From an uncultured delta proteobacterium (GTDB lineage: Bacteria; Desulfobacterota; Binatia; UBA9968): a stretch of 64,000 nucleotides of DNA. The translations under genes and the position numbers were made by a program. Shown piece by piece: positions 18,673 to 29,755 of this stretch (position 1 is the first letter of the stretch; the number at the start of each line of letters is the position of its first letter). The stretch covers positions 224,001 to 288,000 of the forward strand of contig CAVXEP010000022.1 of NCBI GenBank assembly GCA_963760795.1, in the 5' to 3' direction. Below the pieces are notes generated by a model. The model searched no databases, was not told the origin of the DNA, and worked only from the letters and a program-made list of their open reading frames with translations.

Positions 18673-19521
18673 ATGGAATCGACCATCCGCCAGATCAGCA
18701 AATCCGCATTCGCCATCATCGGCCCCGAAGGCGCTACCAACTTCACCATCGTCAAGGGCAGGGACGGCAGCGCCGTGCTCATCGACGCCGATATTCGCCG
18801 CATCGACGAAGTCGAAGAAGCGCTGCAGCTCACCGGCTGTACCCAAGTTGAATATTTGATCGACACCCACGAGCACTTCGACCACACCTCGGCGAATTTT
18901 TACTTCACGCAAAAACAGATTCCGATCGTTGCCAGCGCCGGCTGCGTGCAGGCGATGCAGGACGATGGTGCAGCCGACTTCGCGCGCATGCTCAAGCCCG
19001 TACCGGAGTTGTACGAGCGCTTTCCCGGTCTCTGTCTGACCCTGCCCGATGTGGTCTTCGACTCAACAACTCAACTGAAGCTGCCGGGCGTGACATTGGA
19101 TTTGGTTTACCGGGCCGAGAACGGTCACAGCCATAGCAAGGGCGACACGACCATCTATTTTCACGAAGAAGAAGTCTTCATCGCCGGCGATCTGCTCTAC
19201 ACCGAAGTTCATCCGGTGACCTTCTTCGGCAATATTCCCAACTGGCTGACCGCGTTAAAGCCGCTCTTCGATTGCCACTACAAACAATTGATTCCCGGTC
19301 ATGGACCTGCCGTCGACGGCGAGCAGTCCGGCAGAACCTACTTCAAGCGCATGCACGATTATCTCGAAGACTTTTACGGCCATCTAGTGGAGATCGATTC
19401 TGGGCGCACAAGCCGCGAAGAGGTCGCGCGTCATATGCAAAGCGGCGCTTACGCCAAGCTTGGCAAAACGCGCATGGTGGAACGCAACATCAACCAGTTT
19501 CTCACCGGAAGGTGGTTTTAG
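18673..19521 (+). CDS. Metallo-beta-lactamase fold hydrolase
   Basis: THEHFDH, HSKGD, AGDL, IPGHG. Confidence 0.88.
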   Translation: MESTIRQISKSAFAIIGPEGATNFTIVKGRDGSAVLIDADIRRIDEVEEALQLTGCTQVEYLIDTHEHFDHTSANFYFTQKQIPIVASAGCVQAMQDDGAADFARMLKPVPELYERFPGLCLTLPDVVFDSTTQLKLPGVTLDLVYRAENGHSHSKGDTTIYFHEEEVFIAGDLLYTEVHPVTFFGNIPNWLTALKPLFDCHYKQLIPGHGPAVDGEQSGRTYFKRMHDYLEDFYGHLVEIDSGRTSREEVARHMQSGAYAKLGKTRMVERNINQFLTGRWF

Positions 19522-20500
19522 ATGAAGCTGACAGCCGTCCTCGTCATCGCACTCGCGCTGGTATCTGTCGGCAATAGACTACAAGCCGCCGAAAAGCTCC
19601 GCGCCGCCTACCCAGCCATCGCGCCCGGCTCGACTCCCTCTTGGGTCACGGCGGAAAGAGGCATCTGGCGCAAGTACGGCTTCGACGTGGAGCCGATTCT
19701 CGTAAGCGGCGGCGCCCGCGCCGTGCCGGCCTTGATCGGCAACAGCGTGCAATTTCTCATCGGCTCGGATACCGGCGTGACCACGGCGCAGCTGCAAGGC
19801 ATCCCCATCGTCCGGCTCGGCGTGACCATGAACACTCTGGGCTCCTCGCTGTTGACGCAGCCAAGCGTTCAATCGGTTCAAGACTTGAAAGGAAAGATTC
19901 TCGGTATCTCGCGCGGACGCGACGCCAGTTATATTCGTTTGGCCAAGTTGCTGCGCGATCACGGCCTCGACCCCAACCAAGACGTGAAATTTCTCTCCAT
20001 CGGCGGCGGTGAAGGCGGCCGGCTCTCGGCGCTCAAAGCGGGGGTCATTCACGGCACCATGCTTTTCCCGCCGCTGGATTTGATCGCCAGAAATGACGGA
20101 CTGAAAGTCCTCAGCAAATTCGACGTGCCGACGCCGGGCGGCGGCATCAGCACCAGCGCGGCGCTGCTCAAGCAGAACCGCCCGTTGGTGCTGAACTTTC
20201 TCAAAGGCTACATCGAAGGCATCCACTACATGATCGGCCACAAGCCGGAGAGTCTGAAAATTCTCCAGCGCTATTTTCAAAATTCCGATCTCGCAGCGAT
20301 GGGCTATCTATACGACGAGACCACACGCCGGCTGGAAAAAGAACTGCGCGCCAGTCCTGACGTCCATCGCCTTCCATTACGACATGGCCGCCCAAGACGA
20401 CCCACGCGCCAAGCAGGCCACCGAGAAAACATTTTGGGATAGTAGTTTAGTCGAGGAGATTCGTCGCTCGGGATTTGTCGATCAGCTATATAAAAATTAA
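19522..20500 (+). CDS. SsuA/NMT1-family substrate-binding protein (C-terminal frameshift ~20360-20430)
   Basis: Signal peptide, GIWRKYGFDVE, DLKGKILG; true C-terminus EEIRRSGFVDQLYKN* ends at 20500 in another frame; close paralog of 23658..24641. Confidence 0.8.
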
Positions 20501-20818
20501 ATGTGATAAGGAGTTAGGCGTGAAGGGGTCCGCCTATACCCTTTCCCCCTTTGGCAAAGAACACTGGCACGATCACCTCGCATCCGTGCGCGCGCTCTTC
20601 CTAACGCACCGAGCTGCGGGATATTGATTTACCGAGATAGAAAACGAAAAATACCAATGTGCAGCGATTCTCGGAGTGCCATTTTCGTTGTTAAACGTCG
20701 ACCCAGTGTATAGGATTCGCAGCATCGTTAGAGCGTCCATCGGAATCGATTGACCGACTGGCTCAACAGTTAGTTCGCCTCGGATGGCGGGGTTAGCTTT
20801 AGCGAACGGAGAGGAAAC

Positions 20819-21655
20819 ATGCCGGTTTACATGGATCGTCATTACGTCGAAGGAGCAACTCGACATGCCCTCGCAGATGCGCACCAGCGGGATATGGCGC
20901 TGCAAGATAAGTATCACGTCAAATTTCTGACCTACTGGTTTGATGAGACGCGCTGTACCGCATTTTGTCTCATCGAAGCGCCGAATCGAGAAACTATTGA
21001 GCGAGCCCATAGCGAAGCTCACGGCTCAGTCCCCAATGAGGTCCTTGAGGTCGATCCCAACGTGGTGGACGCCTTCCTGGGCAGGATCAAAGATCCTCCG
21101 CCCGTGGCTGCGCCGGCAGCAGAGGCCGGTGAGATTCCCATTGACCCGGGTTTCCGCGCCATCATGTTCACGGATTTGAAAGATTCGACGCGGATGACCA
21201 CCCTGTATGGAGACACCAAAGCTCTGCATCTGCTGCATATCCACAATGCCCTGACACGCACTGCGCTTCAGAAGCATCGGGGACATGAGGTCAAGCACAC
21301 GGGTGACGGAATAATGGCCTCCTTTGCCGCCGTGCCGGATGCGGTCGAGTGTGCCATCGCCATCCAGAAGGCGTTCGCTGCGTATAACCAGGAAAATCCC
21401 GAAGCGCCGCTATATTTACGCATTGGTCTGAGCGCGGGCGAACCGATTGAGGAACATGGCGACCTGTTTGGCAAGGCGGTCCAACTGGCGGCGCGCCTTT
21501 GCGCGCAAGCTCAACCTGCTCGGATTCTAGTTGCTCAGTTGGTGTTGGACCAGTGCCAAGGCAAAGAATTGCCGTTCTCAGACCTAGGCCAAGTAACACC
21601 CAAAGGTTTCGATCACGCCATCCGCGTGCACGAACTCAGATGGGCAGAGGCGTAA
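20819..21655 (+). CDS. DUF4242 (SCO4226-like) domain fused to class III adenylate/guanylate cyclase domain
   Basis: N-term MP.YMDRH...AH..D...YW.DE....FCL.EAP...AH..AHG; C-term MFTDLKDST, VKHTGDG, RIGL.AGE, DLFG.AVQLAARL. Confidence 0.85.
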   Translation: MPVYMDRHYVEGATRHALADAHQRDMALQDKYHVKFLTYWFDETRCTAFCLIEAPNRETIERAHSEAHGSVPNEVLEVDPNVVDAFLGRIKDPPPVAAPAAEAGEIPIDPGFRAIMFTDLKDSTRMTTLYGDTKALHLLHIHNALTRTALQKHRGHEVKHTGDGIMASFAAVPDAVECAIAIQKAFAAYNQENPEAPLYLRIGLSAGEPIEEHGDLFGKAVQLAARLCAQAQPARILVAQLVLDQCQGKELPFSDLGQVTPKGFDHAIRVHELRWAEA

Positions 21656-21758
21656 AGTCTGCGGCGGTCTGGCCCGTGCTTGCGGCGTCAGTAGCGCGAC
21701 CGGTTCGGCGGCTGCCGGCGCCATTGCGTTTAGTGCTTTGTCAGGAATGGAGGTAATT

Positions 21759-23186
21759 ATGTCAGACTTACAAGTTCGGACCCGGACCAATGGGGAAATC
21801 ACTCTGAACCAAGATACCCTTCGGAAATTCAAGGAGAGTCTTCACGGTGAGCTTATCCTATCCGACGATCCTGGTTACGACGATGCGCGCGCCATCTGGA
21901 ACGCCATGATTGACCGCCGGCCCGCGCTCATCGCGCGCTGCCTCGGCGTTGCCGATGTTGTCACATGCGTTAACTTCGCCCGCGAGCACGGCCTCATACA
22001 GTCCATTAAAGGCGGCGGTCACAATATCTCGGGACTTGCCGTATGCGAGGGAGGACTGATGCTCGACATGTCGCGCATGCGCGGCGTATGGGTGGACCCG
22101 ACCACGCGCACCGCCCGCGCCCAAGCCGGCTGCCTCTTGAGCGACGTAGACCGCGAGACTCAACTCCACGGCCTTGCTGCAGTCCTCGGCTTTATCTCGA
22201 ACACCGGCATAGCCGGCCTTACCCTCGGCGGTGGGTTTGGTTATCTTACGCGCCGGTTTGGCTGGACCAGCGATAATCTCATATCACTGGAGGTGGTCAC
22301 CGCTGACGGACGCATCGTGCGCGCGAGCGAAAAGGAAAACAGTGATTTGTTCTGGGGCCTGCGCGGCGGTGGCGGCAACTTCGGCGTCGTGACCAACTTC
22401 GAGTACAAGCTCCACCCCGTGGGTCCGGAGGTGACGGCCGGCGCGATTGCCTGGCGCGCTGAATCTGCCGGGAAGGTTCTCGAAATGTTCCGTGCCGTCA
22501 TGGAGAAAGCCCCGCCAGAGTTCGTTTGCGTCGCCGGGCTCCGCATCGCGCCACCCGCGCCCTGGTTGGCTAAAGACGTCCACGGCAAACCTATTGTCGC
22601 GCTCTTTGTTTGCCACACAGGGCAGTTAACCGAAGGTGAAAAACTCGTCGCCCCGATCAAAGCCTTTGACTCTCCGGTGGGCGACATAATTCAGCGGCGC
22701 CCGTATGTCACCCAGCAAAACCTGCTCGACGGGACACAGCCGAAAGGCCGGCGCTATTACTGGAAGTCCGAATACTTGCCTGATCTTAAACCGGATCTAC
22801 TCGCTAAGGCGATCAGTCATGCCAAGGCTATTTCATCGCCCCACTCGGCGATCCTCCTCTTTCCGCTCGATGGAACGCTCAACCGACTCCCCGAGAATCA
22901 TTCCGCCGTGGGCAACCGGGACGCGGCTTGGGTTCTGAACATCACGGCTTCCTGGGAAAAGGCGGAGAACGACACGGCGAACATCGAGTGGGCGCGCGCC
23001 GCCTGGCGGGACCTGCGGCGTTTTTCCACGGGCGGTACTTATGTCAACTTCTTGACGGAAGAGGAGGGCGACGACCGCGTCCACGCCGCCTACGGCAACA
23101 ACTACGAGCGACTCGTCGAGGTCAAGTCGAAATGGGATCCGGCGAATCTGTTTACGATGAACAAGAACATCGCGCCGCGGGTGTAA
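21759..23186 (+). CDS. FAD-binding oxidoreductase, BBE/6-hydroxy-D-nicotine oxidase-like
   Basis: WNAMIDRRP, KGGGHN (FAD-attachment His), GLTLGGG.G, DLFWGLRGGGGNFGVVT, K..WDP.N.F. Confidence 0.92.
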   Translation: MSDLQVRTRTNGEITLNQDTLRKFKESLHGELILSDDPGYDDARAIWNAMIDRRPALIARCLGVADVVTCVNFAREHGLIQSIKGGGHNISGLAVCEGGLMLDMSRMRGVWVDPTTRTARAQAGCLLSDVDRETQLHGLAAVLGFISNTGIAGLTLGGGFGYLTRRFGWTSDNLISLEVVTADGRIVRASEKENSDLFWGLRGGGGNFGVVTNFEYKLHPVGPEVTAGAIAWRAESAGKVLEMFRAVMEKAPPEFVCVAGLRIAPPAPWLAKDVHGKPIVALFVCHTGQLTEGEKLVAPIKAFDSPVGDIIQRRPYVTQQNLLDGTQPKGRRYYWKSEYLPDLKPDLLAKAISHAKAISSPHSAILLFPLDGTLNRLPENHSAVGNRDAAWVLNITASWEKAENDTANIEWARAAWRDLRRFSTGGTYVNFLTEEEGDDRVHAAYGNNYERLVEVKSKWDPANLFTMNKNIAPRV

Positions 23187-23319
23187 CGGAATCCGGTGAC
23201 TTTCCGAGCGTGAGTCTTTGCCGGCTTACGTTTGGGACCCGCTATGTCCTTGCCTGTTAGCGACCCGCCGGAGCTGAAACACTGATCAGCGAACTTTCAT
23301 TCGCACCAACAAAGCCACG

Positions 23320-23598
23320 ATGGCGATAAATCCCAAACAGCCGGCTGATTATATTCTGGCTTATAAACACTCGTCCGGGCAACGAGCAGAAGTCGCGGCC
23401 AGTGAAAAGTGTCGGTGCTTTTACTGTCTGGATATGTTTTCGCCCGCTGACATTATCGACGGGCTCAAAGAAGGAAACGGCACAGCTCATTGTCCGCGCT
23501 GCGGAATCGACTGAGTGATTGGCTCGCAGTCCGGTTCTTCGCTCACAACTTCGTGTCTTCGCGAGATGCATCGATACTGGTTCAGCACCAAACCGTAA
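23320..23598 (+). pseudogene. Small Zn-finger-like protein interrupted by an in-frame TGA (23512-23514)
   Basis: CRCFYC...AHCPRCGID*VIGSQSG...LREMHRYWFSTKP*; the sequence past the stop matches the usual CGIDSVIG...M..YWF ending of this family. Confidence 0.65.
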
Positions 23599-23657
23599 AA
23601 TCAGTCCTGGTCAACATTGGGGCGTGAAGCCTGAGTCGAACTGGATATTTCACAACT

Positions 23658-24641
23658 TTACTTCCTATAGAGTTGCTCCAAAAATCCCGAGCGTTGAATC
23701 TCATCGATCAAGCTGAGATCCCAATTATCTTTCTCGGTCAGCTTCTTCGCCTGCGGAAAATCGAGGGCGGCCAGCTCCAGCAACGCGCGCACCGCATCTG
23801 ATTGCGGACGCAAATCTTTTTCGGCGCGGCTGGAAATTTCTTCGTAGAGATAAGCCATGATTTCGAGATCCGGGTTGCGCACATACTTGGCAAAAATCTT
23901 TAAGCTCTCGTTCCTGTTCGCCTTCAAGTAGTGAATCCCTTCCATATAGCCGCGCATGAATCGCAACGCTTGCGGCCGGTTCTTTTGCACGAATGCAGGC
24001 GTCGTGTTGATACCGCCGCCGACATTGGCGACATCGAGGCGGGAGAGAATGCTCATGCCGGACTTCTCGGAGATCTTATCCGAGGGCGGCGTAAACATGG
24101 TCGCGTGGATCACGCCGGTGGACAGCGCCGCCACCCGCGCCGCCGGGCCGCCGTCGCCCACCGATAGAAACGTCACGTCTTTCGCCGCGTCCATGCCGTT
24201 GTCGCGCAGCAGCTTGACGACCCGCGCGTAGGCGGCGTCGCGCCCGGGTGTGACGCCGATGATCTTGCCCTTGAGATCGCGCACGGTCTTGATGCTCGGC
24301 TGGACGACGATGGAATATCCCAGCGTGTTGGTGGTCACGCCGACCCGCGTGAGGCTGGCGCCCTGGATGATTCCCGTCGTCACCCCAAGGTCCGAGCCAA
24401 GAATGACATCGACACTGCCACCGATCAACGCGGCGACCGTTCTCCCGCCGCCGCGCAGAAAGATCAGCTCGACGTCAAGACCGTGCTTTTTCCAAAAGCC
24501 CTTGTCGGCGGTGACCCACGACGCGGCAAACCCGGTTGCAAGCGACGGGTAACCCACGCGCACGATATCCGCGCTCCAAAGCCTCGATGTCGGCAATAGG
24601 AACCACGCGAGCAGAGCAAATCCGATCGACAGTGATTTCAT
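23658..24641 (-). CDS. SsuA/NMT1-family substrate-binding protein
   Basis: MKSLSIGF signal peptide; GFWKKHGLDVEL, DLKGKIIGV, EIQRSGFLEQLY. Confidence 0.85.
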   Translation of the reverse strand: MKSLSIGFALLAWFLLPTSRLWSADIVRVGYPSLATGFAASWVTADKGFWKKHGLDVELIFLRGGGRTVAALIGGSVDVILGSDLGVTTGIIQGASLTRVGVTTNTLGYSIVVQPSIKTVRDLKGKIIGVTPGRDAAYARVVKLLRDNGMDAAKDVTFLSVGDGGPAARVAALSTGVIHATMFTPPSDKISEKSGMSILSRLDVANVGGGINTTPAFVQKNRPQALRFMRGYMEGIHYLKANRNESLKIFAKYVRNPDLEIMAYLYEEISSRAEKDLRPQSDAVRALLELAALDFPQAKKLTEKDNWDLSLIDEIQRSGFLEQLYRK

Positions 24642-24807
24642 TGAAACTCCATTCGCTGAAACATATTCTCGCCCAACGATCGGCCGAGCCTCAGAAGTCC
24701 GAACGACTTGATTATTTTGAACGGCTTGAACGATTTGAACGCCGCGGCTGCCGCGGTCAGCCCTAGCTAACACCCGCGCCGGAACCTGTCAAATAAACAA
24801 GGCATTT

Positions 24808-24905
24808 CGCGTACGGGGTCTTAACCCCGCACGCGACCAAAGGGGATGCTCGCCCCCTTTGGATTCCCCATTTGATGGCGCCCGCAGCAAGCTGCGGGGA
24901 ATGTA
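24808..24905. repeat. Cluster of short hairpins, resembling a remnant of a non-autonomous element
   Basis: cgcgtacggggtcttaaccccgcacgcg; aaaggggatgctcgcccccttt; ccgcagcaagctgcgg. Confidence 0.5.
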
Positions 24906-24995
24906 TAGATTTGAAAAGCCAGCGCGCAATTTGACATCAGCAAGGCACAACGCGTAATTTCGACGAACCAAACGATTGCCCGACGGAGGTATGAT

Positions 24996-25991
24996 TTGAC
25001 AGTCGTTGCAAGTATTGCACTTATTCTTGCGATCAATTTTCCGCGGATCCTATGGTCAGCAGATGCGCCGAAACTGGAAAAGCTCGTGATCGGCTACCCC
25101 GCGCCGGTGGCGTCCTTGGGCATCATCGATGTCATGCGCAAAGCCGGACTGTTTAGAAAAAACGGCCTCGATGTAGATTTGGTTTTCATCCAGGGCAGCC
25201 CGATCTTAACCACGGCGATGGTCTCAGGCCAGGTGCCGCTGAGTTTCATTGGCGGCGCGGCCATTGTCGCCTCCGCCATCGGCGGCGCCGATACGGTCTA
25301 TCTCGCCTGCGGCATCAACACGCTCTACTGGCGGATTTTCTCGACCCCGGAGGTTAAAACCATCGCCGACCTGAAAGGCAAGAAGTTCGGCGTCACCACC
25401 ATCGGCTCGCAGGAAGACAGCGTCATCCGTTTCATCCTCAAAGAACGCGGACTCACTCCCGACCGGGACTTTGCCATGGTCGCCGTCGGTGGCGCGCCGA
25501 CACGCTTGGCGGCGTTGAGCAAAGGCGTAATCCACGCGTCGACCTTCATTCCGCCTCAGGACATCGCGGCTGAGAAACTCGGACTCCATGAGTTGCTCGA
25601 TCTGAGCACGCTTGGCCTGTACAACCCCGGCAGTTGCTTCGCCAGCACCAAAAGCTATATCAAGACCCACCGCGACACGGTCATGCGAGTGATGAAAGCC
25701 TTCGTCGAGGGACTGCGCTACTACAAAGACAATCGCGAGTTCGTTTTGAAAGTCACCGCCGACTTCGCCCAGAACCGCGACCCCGAAGTCTTGCGGCCAA
25801 CCTACGAAGTCGTCACCCGATTCCAGGACCGCGTTCCCTACGTCAATATGAAAGGCATCGAGTTCATGCTCAAGACTCTGGAGCTGCGCGACCCGCGCGC
25901 CAGGACTTTCGATCCCAATAACGTTGTCGACTCCAGCTTCATCCAAGAGCTGGACAAGAGCGGCTTCATCGACGCGGTGTGGAAGAAATAG
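24996..25991 (+). CDS. SsuA/NMT1-family substrate-binding protein
   Basis: Signal peptide; GLFRKNGLDVDL, DLKGKKFGV, ELDKSGFIDAVW. Confidence 0.85.
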   Translation: MTVVASIALILAINFPRILWSADAPKLEKLVIGYPAPVASLGIIDVMRKAGLFRKNGLDVDLVFIQGSPILTTAMVSGQVPLSFIGGAAIVASAIGGADTVYLACGINTLYWRIFSTPEVKTIADLKGKKFGVTTIGSQEDSVIRFILKERGLTPDRDFAMVAVGGAPTRLAALSKGVIHASTFIPPQDIAAEKLGLHELLDLSTLGLYNPGSCFASTKSYIKTHRDTVMRVMKAFVEGLRYYKDNREFVLKVTADFAQNRDPEVLRPTYEVVTRFQDRVPYVNMKGIEFMLKTLELRDPRARTFDPNNVVDSSFIQELDKSGFIDAVWKK

Positions 25992-26000
25992 AAAAATATC

Positions 26001-26066
26001 GTAAGGCGTAAAGGGTGAGGCGTAAGGCGTTCCCACCCCTAACCCCTTACCCTTCACCCCTTACGT
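26001..26066. repeat. 7-nt periodic inverted repeat (GTAAGGC-like ... CCTTAC)
   Basis: gtaaggc gtaaagg gtgaggc gtaaggc ... cccctaa cccctta cccttca cccctta; similar element at ~20508. Confidence 0.75.
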
Positions 26067-26073
26067 TTAAATC

Positions 26074-27601
26074 ATGAACATCGGCGAATCCTTAACCCGC
26101 AACGCCCAACACTTTCCCGACAAGCGCGCCATCGTCGACGCGCATAGGTCGGTAACCTATGGCGAATTGCACCAGCGCACCGATCGCTTGGCTAACTATC
26201 TGCTCGATCTAGGTGTCGGCAAAGGCGACCTGGTCGGTCTTTCGGTGGGCAGCCGAGCCGAGCACTTCGAAGCGCTCTTCGCCATTGCCAAGATCGGTGC
26301 CTTGGCGATTCCGTTCGATTTCAATTGGAGCGCGCAAGAGTGTGACGCCATGGTGCGCTTCTTTGCACCCAAGGCGTTCTTCTTCGAAAAACGACCAGAG
26401 ACCGAGGCCCTGCTGGGGCTGGCACGCGGTGCCATCCCTGCCGAAAAGCTCATCCTGATTGCCGCTGACGAACTGCCAGGACGGTGCCGGCATGGAAAGC
26501 GCTATCGAGCTCGGCAATCCCAAGGAGCCACAAGCCATTGTCGACGGCAAGGATCCGTTTCTCCTGATGATCACCTCCGGCACCACCGGATTCCCCAAGG
26601 CGTGCAGCATCGACCACGAGACCTATGCGCTGCGCTGCCTCAACTACAGCGTCAGCAAAGGCATGAACCACAACGAGCGCGCCCTGATGGCGCTGCCGGT
26701 CCACTTCAACGCCGGCCGCGGCTCGGTGATGGCGATCCTGTATCTCGGCGGGACGATCATCATTCAAGAAAAATTCGACGCCGAGAGATTCTTGCAAGCC
26801 ATAGAGCGGGAGCAAATCACCTACACCATGCTGGTGCCGGTATTATGCGAACGCTTGCTGCGCTCCGAGCACTTGAACAAATATCGCACAACGTCACTCC
26901 GCTTCCTCGGCATCACCGGCGGCCATCTTTCCCAAGAACTCGCGCGTGAAGCACGCCAGCGCCTGAGCCCGGGTATCTTTGAAGCTTACGCCTCCACCGA
27001 CTGCGGTCAGATCACCACCGTCGACGCCGAGGACTGGGAAACCCACGGTGACACCGTGGGCAAACCGATCTGGTGTGTGCTGGTACGCTTCGCCGACGAC
27101 GACGGCAACGAAACGGCGCGCGGCGAGCCTGGAGAGATTTGCCTGCGCACGCCGCTTGCCATCCAAGGTTACTACCGAAACCCGACAGCGACAGACGAAT
27201 TCTTGACCGGCGGCTGGTGCCACACCGGCGATATCGGATTTTTGGACCAAGAAGGCTACCTGCACATCTCCGGCCGTAAGAAGAACATGGTAAAGAGCGG
27301 CGGCATCAGCGTCTTTCCCGAAGAAATTGAAGACGCGCTGCGCCGGCATCCCGCGGTTGCGGAGGCGGCGGTGGTTGGGTTCGATAGTCAGCAGTGGGGC
27401 GAAGCGGTGAAAGCGTTCGTAGTTTTGAACCCCGGCGCCGATTGCAACGCAGACAAATTGATTCAATTCTGCAAAGAGTCGCTGGCGCCGTATAAAGCGC
27501 CCAAAGCCGTGAAGTTTCTCGCCGCGCTGCCGCGCACCGGGCTCGGCAAGATCGATCGAGGCAAACTAGCGGCGCTGACAAACCAACTGGACGAGAATTG
27601 A
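26074..27601 (+). CDS. AMP-dependent acyl-CoA synthetase (frameshift ~26470)
   Basis: TSGTTGFPK, YASTD, HTGDIG.LD..GYL.I.GR.K, L..YK.P, LPRT.LGK. Confidence 0.88.
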
Positions 27602-27792
27602 AAGGGCGGGGTTTCGATGTCGCGCCGGTGAGCGGCGATACCTGGCGGCACTCGGTTTCGAGATCGAATTGAAGCGTCATTTCGCGTCGGCTTTCGCATC
27701 GCCGATGCGGCGTTATCGCCATCTTACAGCTGCGGGAACGTCACAGCACTGCGCGTAGCGAAACCTCTCACGTTGTCAGCCTTGCCATGCCG

Positions 27793-28107
27793 TCAGGCAA
27801 ACAGCACGAGCATTTTCATGATCAGCAGCACTGCCAGGATTGAATAGACACACGCAATAATCGTCAACCCATGAACGACCACCGCCTCCACCCGTTTGCG
27901 CAGCATGAAGATTAGGATCACCAAGATGCAGCCGATCGCTTTGCTATAGAGCAATCCACCGAAGACACCCCAATGGGCGATGTAGGTGGCCACCACCGGA
28001 TTTTCTTCCGGCACACCGGCGGAGAGAATCTGATAGGAAGCGAGTCCATCGACGACCTGGAGCAGTATGTTGGCGATGGCCAGCGTGACAATCGTACCCT
28101 GCCTCAT
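27793..28107 (-). CDS. Small membrane protein, DUF5658-like
   Basis: Three hydrophobic segments; LQ..DG..SY...G..EENP motif. Confidence 0.65.
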   Translation of the reverse strand: MRQGTIVTLAIANILLQVVDGLASYQILSAGVPEENPVVATYIAHWGVFGGLLYSKAIGCILVILIFMLRKRVEAVVVHGLTIIACVYSILAVLLIMKMLVLFA

Positions 28108-28432
28108 TTCAGAGTCCCCTTTCACTGAACCAACGCTAGGATTCACGCAAGCTGTTCATTGCTAGAGCGGTGCCGGAACCCTTTTGGCGCGAGATGAGGA
28201 TTCACATTCTTAGAAGCTCCCAGAGGGACCAAGCGGATTTGCCTGCAAGCGGAAAGACACCTTGGCACCGGGCACGGCCGACCTGCGCGGCGTCATGCTC
28301 GCTGCGTCACTGGTTAATGGGATTTTGTCGACGAAATGAGAGTTTTTGGTGGGTTCGATCAAATTTTGTTTGACCGCTTCAGGCTTGGATTGGTAGAAGG
28401 GCTCAATCACTCTCGTTAGTAAGGAGACTCCC

Positions 28433-29564
28433 ATGAGCGAAGGCAACCTACCGAAATTTGGCATCAGCAAGAACGTGAAACTGGTCGGCCGCACCGACCT
28501 CGCCGGCGGCGGCCAAGTCGTCGTCGAAAACGGCTACGCTTACGTCGGCCATATGGAACCGCCCCATGGCACGACGATCCTCGATGTCAAAGATCCCAAG
28601 CATCCGAAAGTCATCGCCGAGGTCGAATTCCCCAGGGCGTGCACTCGCACAAGGTGCGCGTCAGCGGCGATGTCATGCTGGTGAATCTGGAACGATACCG
28701 GCCGAAAGAGAGACTGCCGACGGGTCTAAAGATTTACGACATCTCCAACCGCGAGAAGCCGCGCGAGATCGCATTTTATGAAACCAACGGCGGCGTGCAT
28801 CGTTTTACCTTCGATGGCCGCTACGCCTATCTCTCGGTGCATGTCGAAGGCTACATCGGACGTATCCCGATCATTTTGGATCTCAAAGATCCGAGCCAAG
28901 CCGGTTGAAGTCGGCCGCTGGTGGAAACCAGGACAGTGGATCGCCGGCGGCGAGAAGCCTACCTGGGAAGGCACCGCACATCAGTGCCATCATCCGATCC
29001 GCTACGGCGACCGGCTCTACGTCAGTTACTGGCATGGCGGCTTTCGTCATTCTCGATATCGCCGACATGAGCAAACCGAAATTTATCAGCGGCCTCAACT
29101 GGTCGCCGCCCTATCCTTCACCGATTCACACGACGTTGCCGATTCCGTGGAAGCTCAAGGGCCGCGACATGATGGTGGTGGTCGACGAGGAGGCCGGCAA
29201 ACGCGCGCCGACACCGCCGGCGTTCATGTGGATGGTCGATATCACGGATGAAAAACAGCCGGTATCGGTGTCGACCTTCAATCCCGAGGGCGCGTGGGAC
29301 ATCGCTCCCGGCAATCAATACGGCGCGCACCAACCGGCCGAGCAAGTTTACGACAACAAGATGTTCGTCACCTGGTTCAGCGGCGGCCTGCGCGTCGTCG
29401 ATATTTCGAATCCATACAGCCTGCAAGAGATCGGCTACTACGTGCCCAATCCAGGGCGCGGCCAGAAAACCGTCAAAAGCAACGATGTCTATCGCGACGC
29501 CAACGGCTTGCTCTACTTGATCGACCGGCTGGATGGATTGGAGATACTCGAAAGCGAAATATGA
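28433..29564 (+). CDS. LVIVD-repeat beta-propeller protein (about 3 frameshifts)
   Basis: Repeated YAYV, TILDVKDP, KIYDISN, VILDIAD, LRVVDISNP..L.EIGYY across four overlapping ORFs. Confidence 0.8.
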
Positions 29565-29569
29565 ATTTG

Positions 29570-29622
29570 ATGTCATTTCGATCGAAGGGACAAATCTTTC
29601 CCTCGCCTGCGCTCAGGATGGC
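29570..29622. repeat. Degenerate GTCAT...GATGRC REP-like palindrome
   Basis: tgtcatttcgatcgaagggacaaatct...cgctcaggatggc. Confidence 0.45.
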
Positions 29623-29755
29623 GGATATCGGACTATCACGTTGGCGACGTTGCCGGGAAAATCCGAAAACGAAAGCATCATGCGATACCGCGGGGGCCTA
29701 CTATTAGCAGCTTGCTAAAAGAAGTGTTAGCGGAGCTGAGAAAGTGATCTGAAGC

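Noticed and set aside
20598-20735. cctaac...gttagag as an attC site
   Set aside because: Ends are only partly complementary and I could not find internal L boxes
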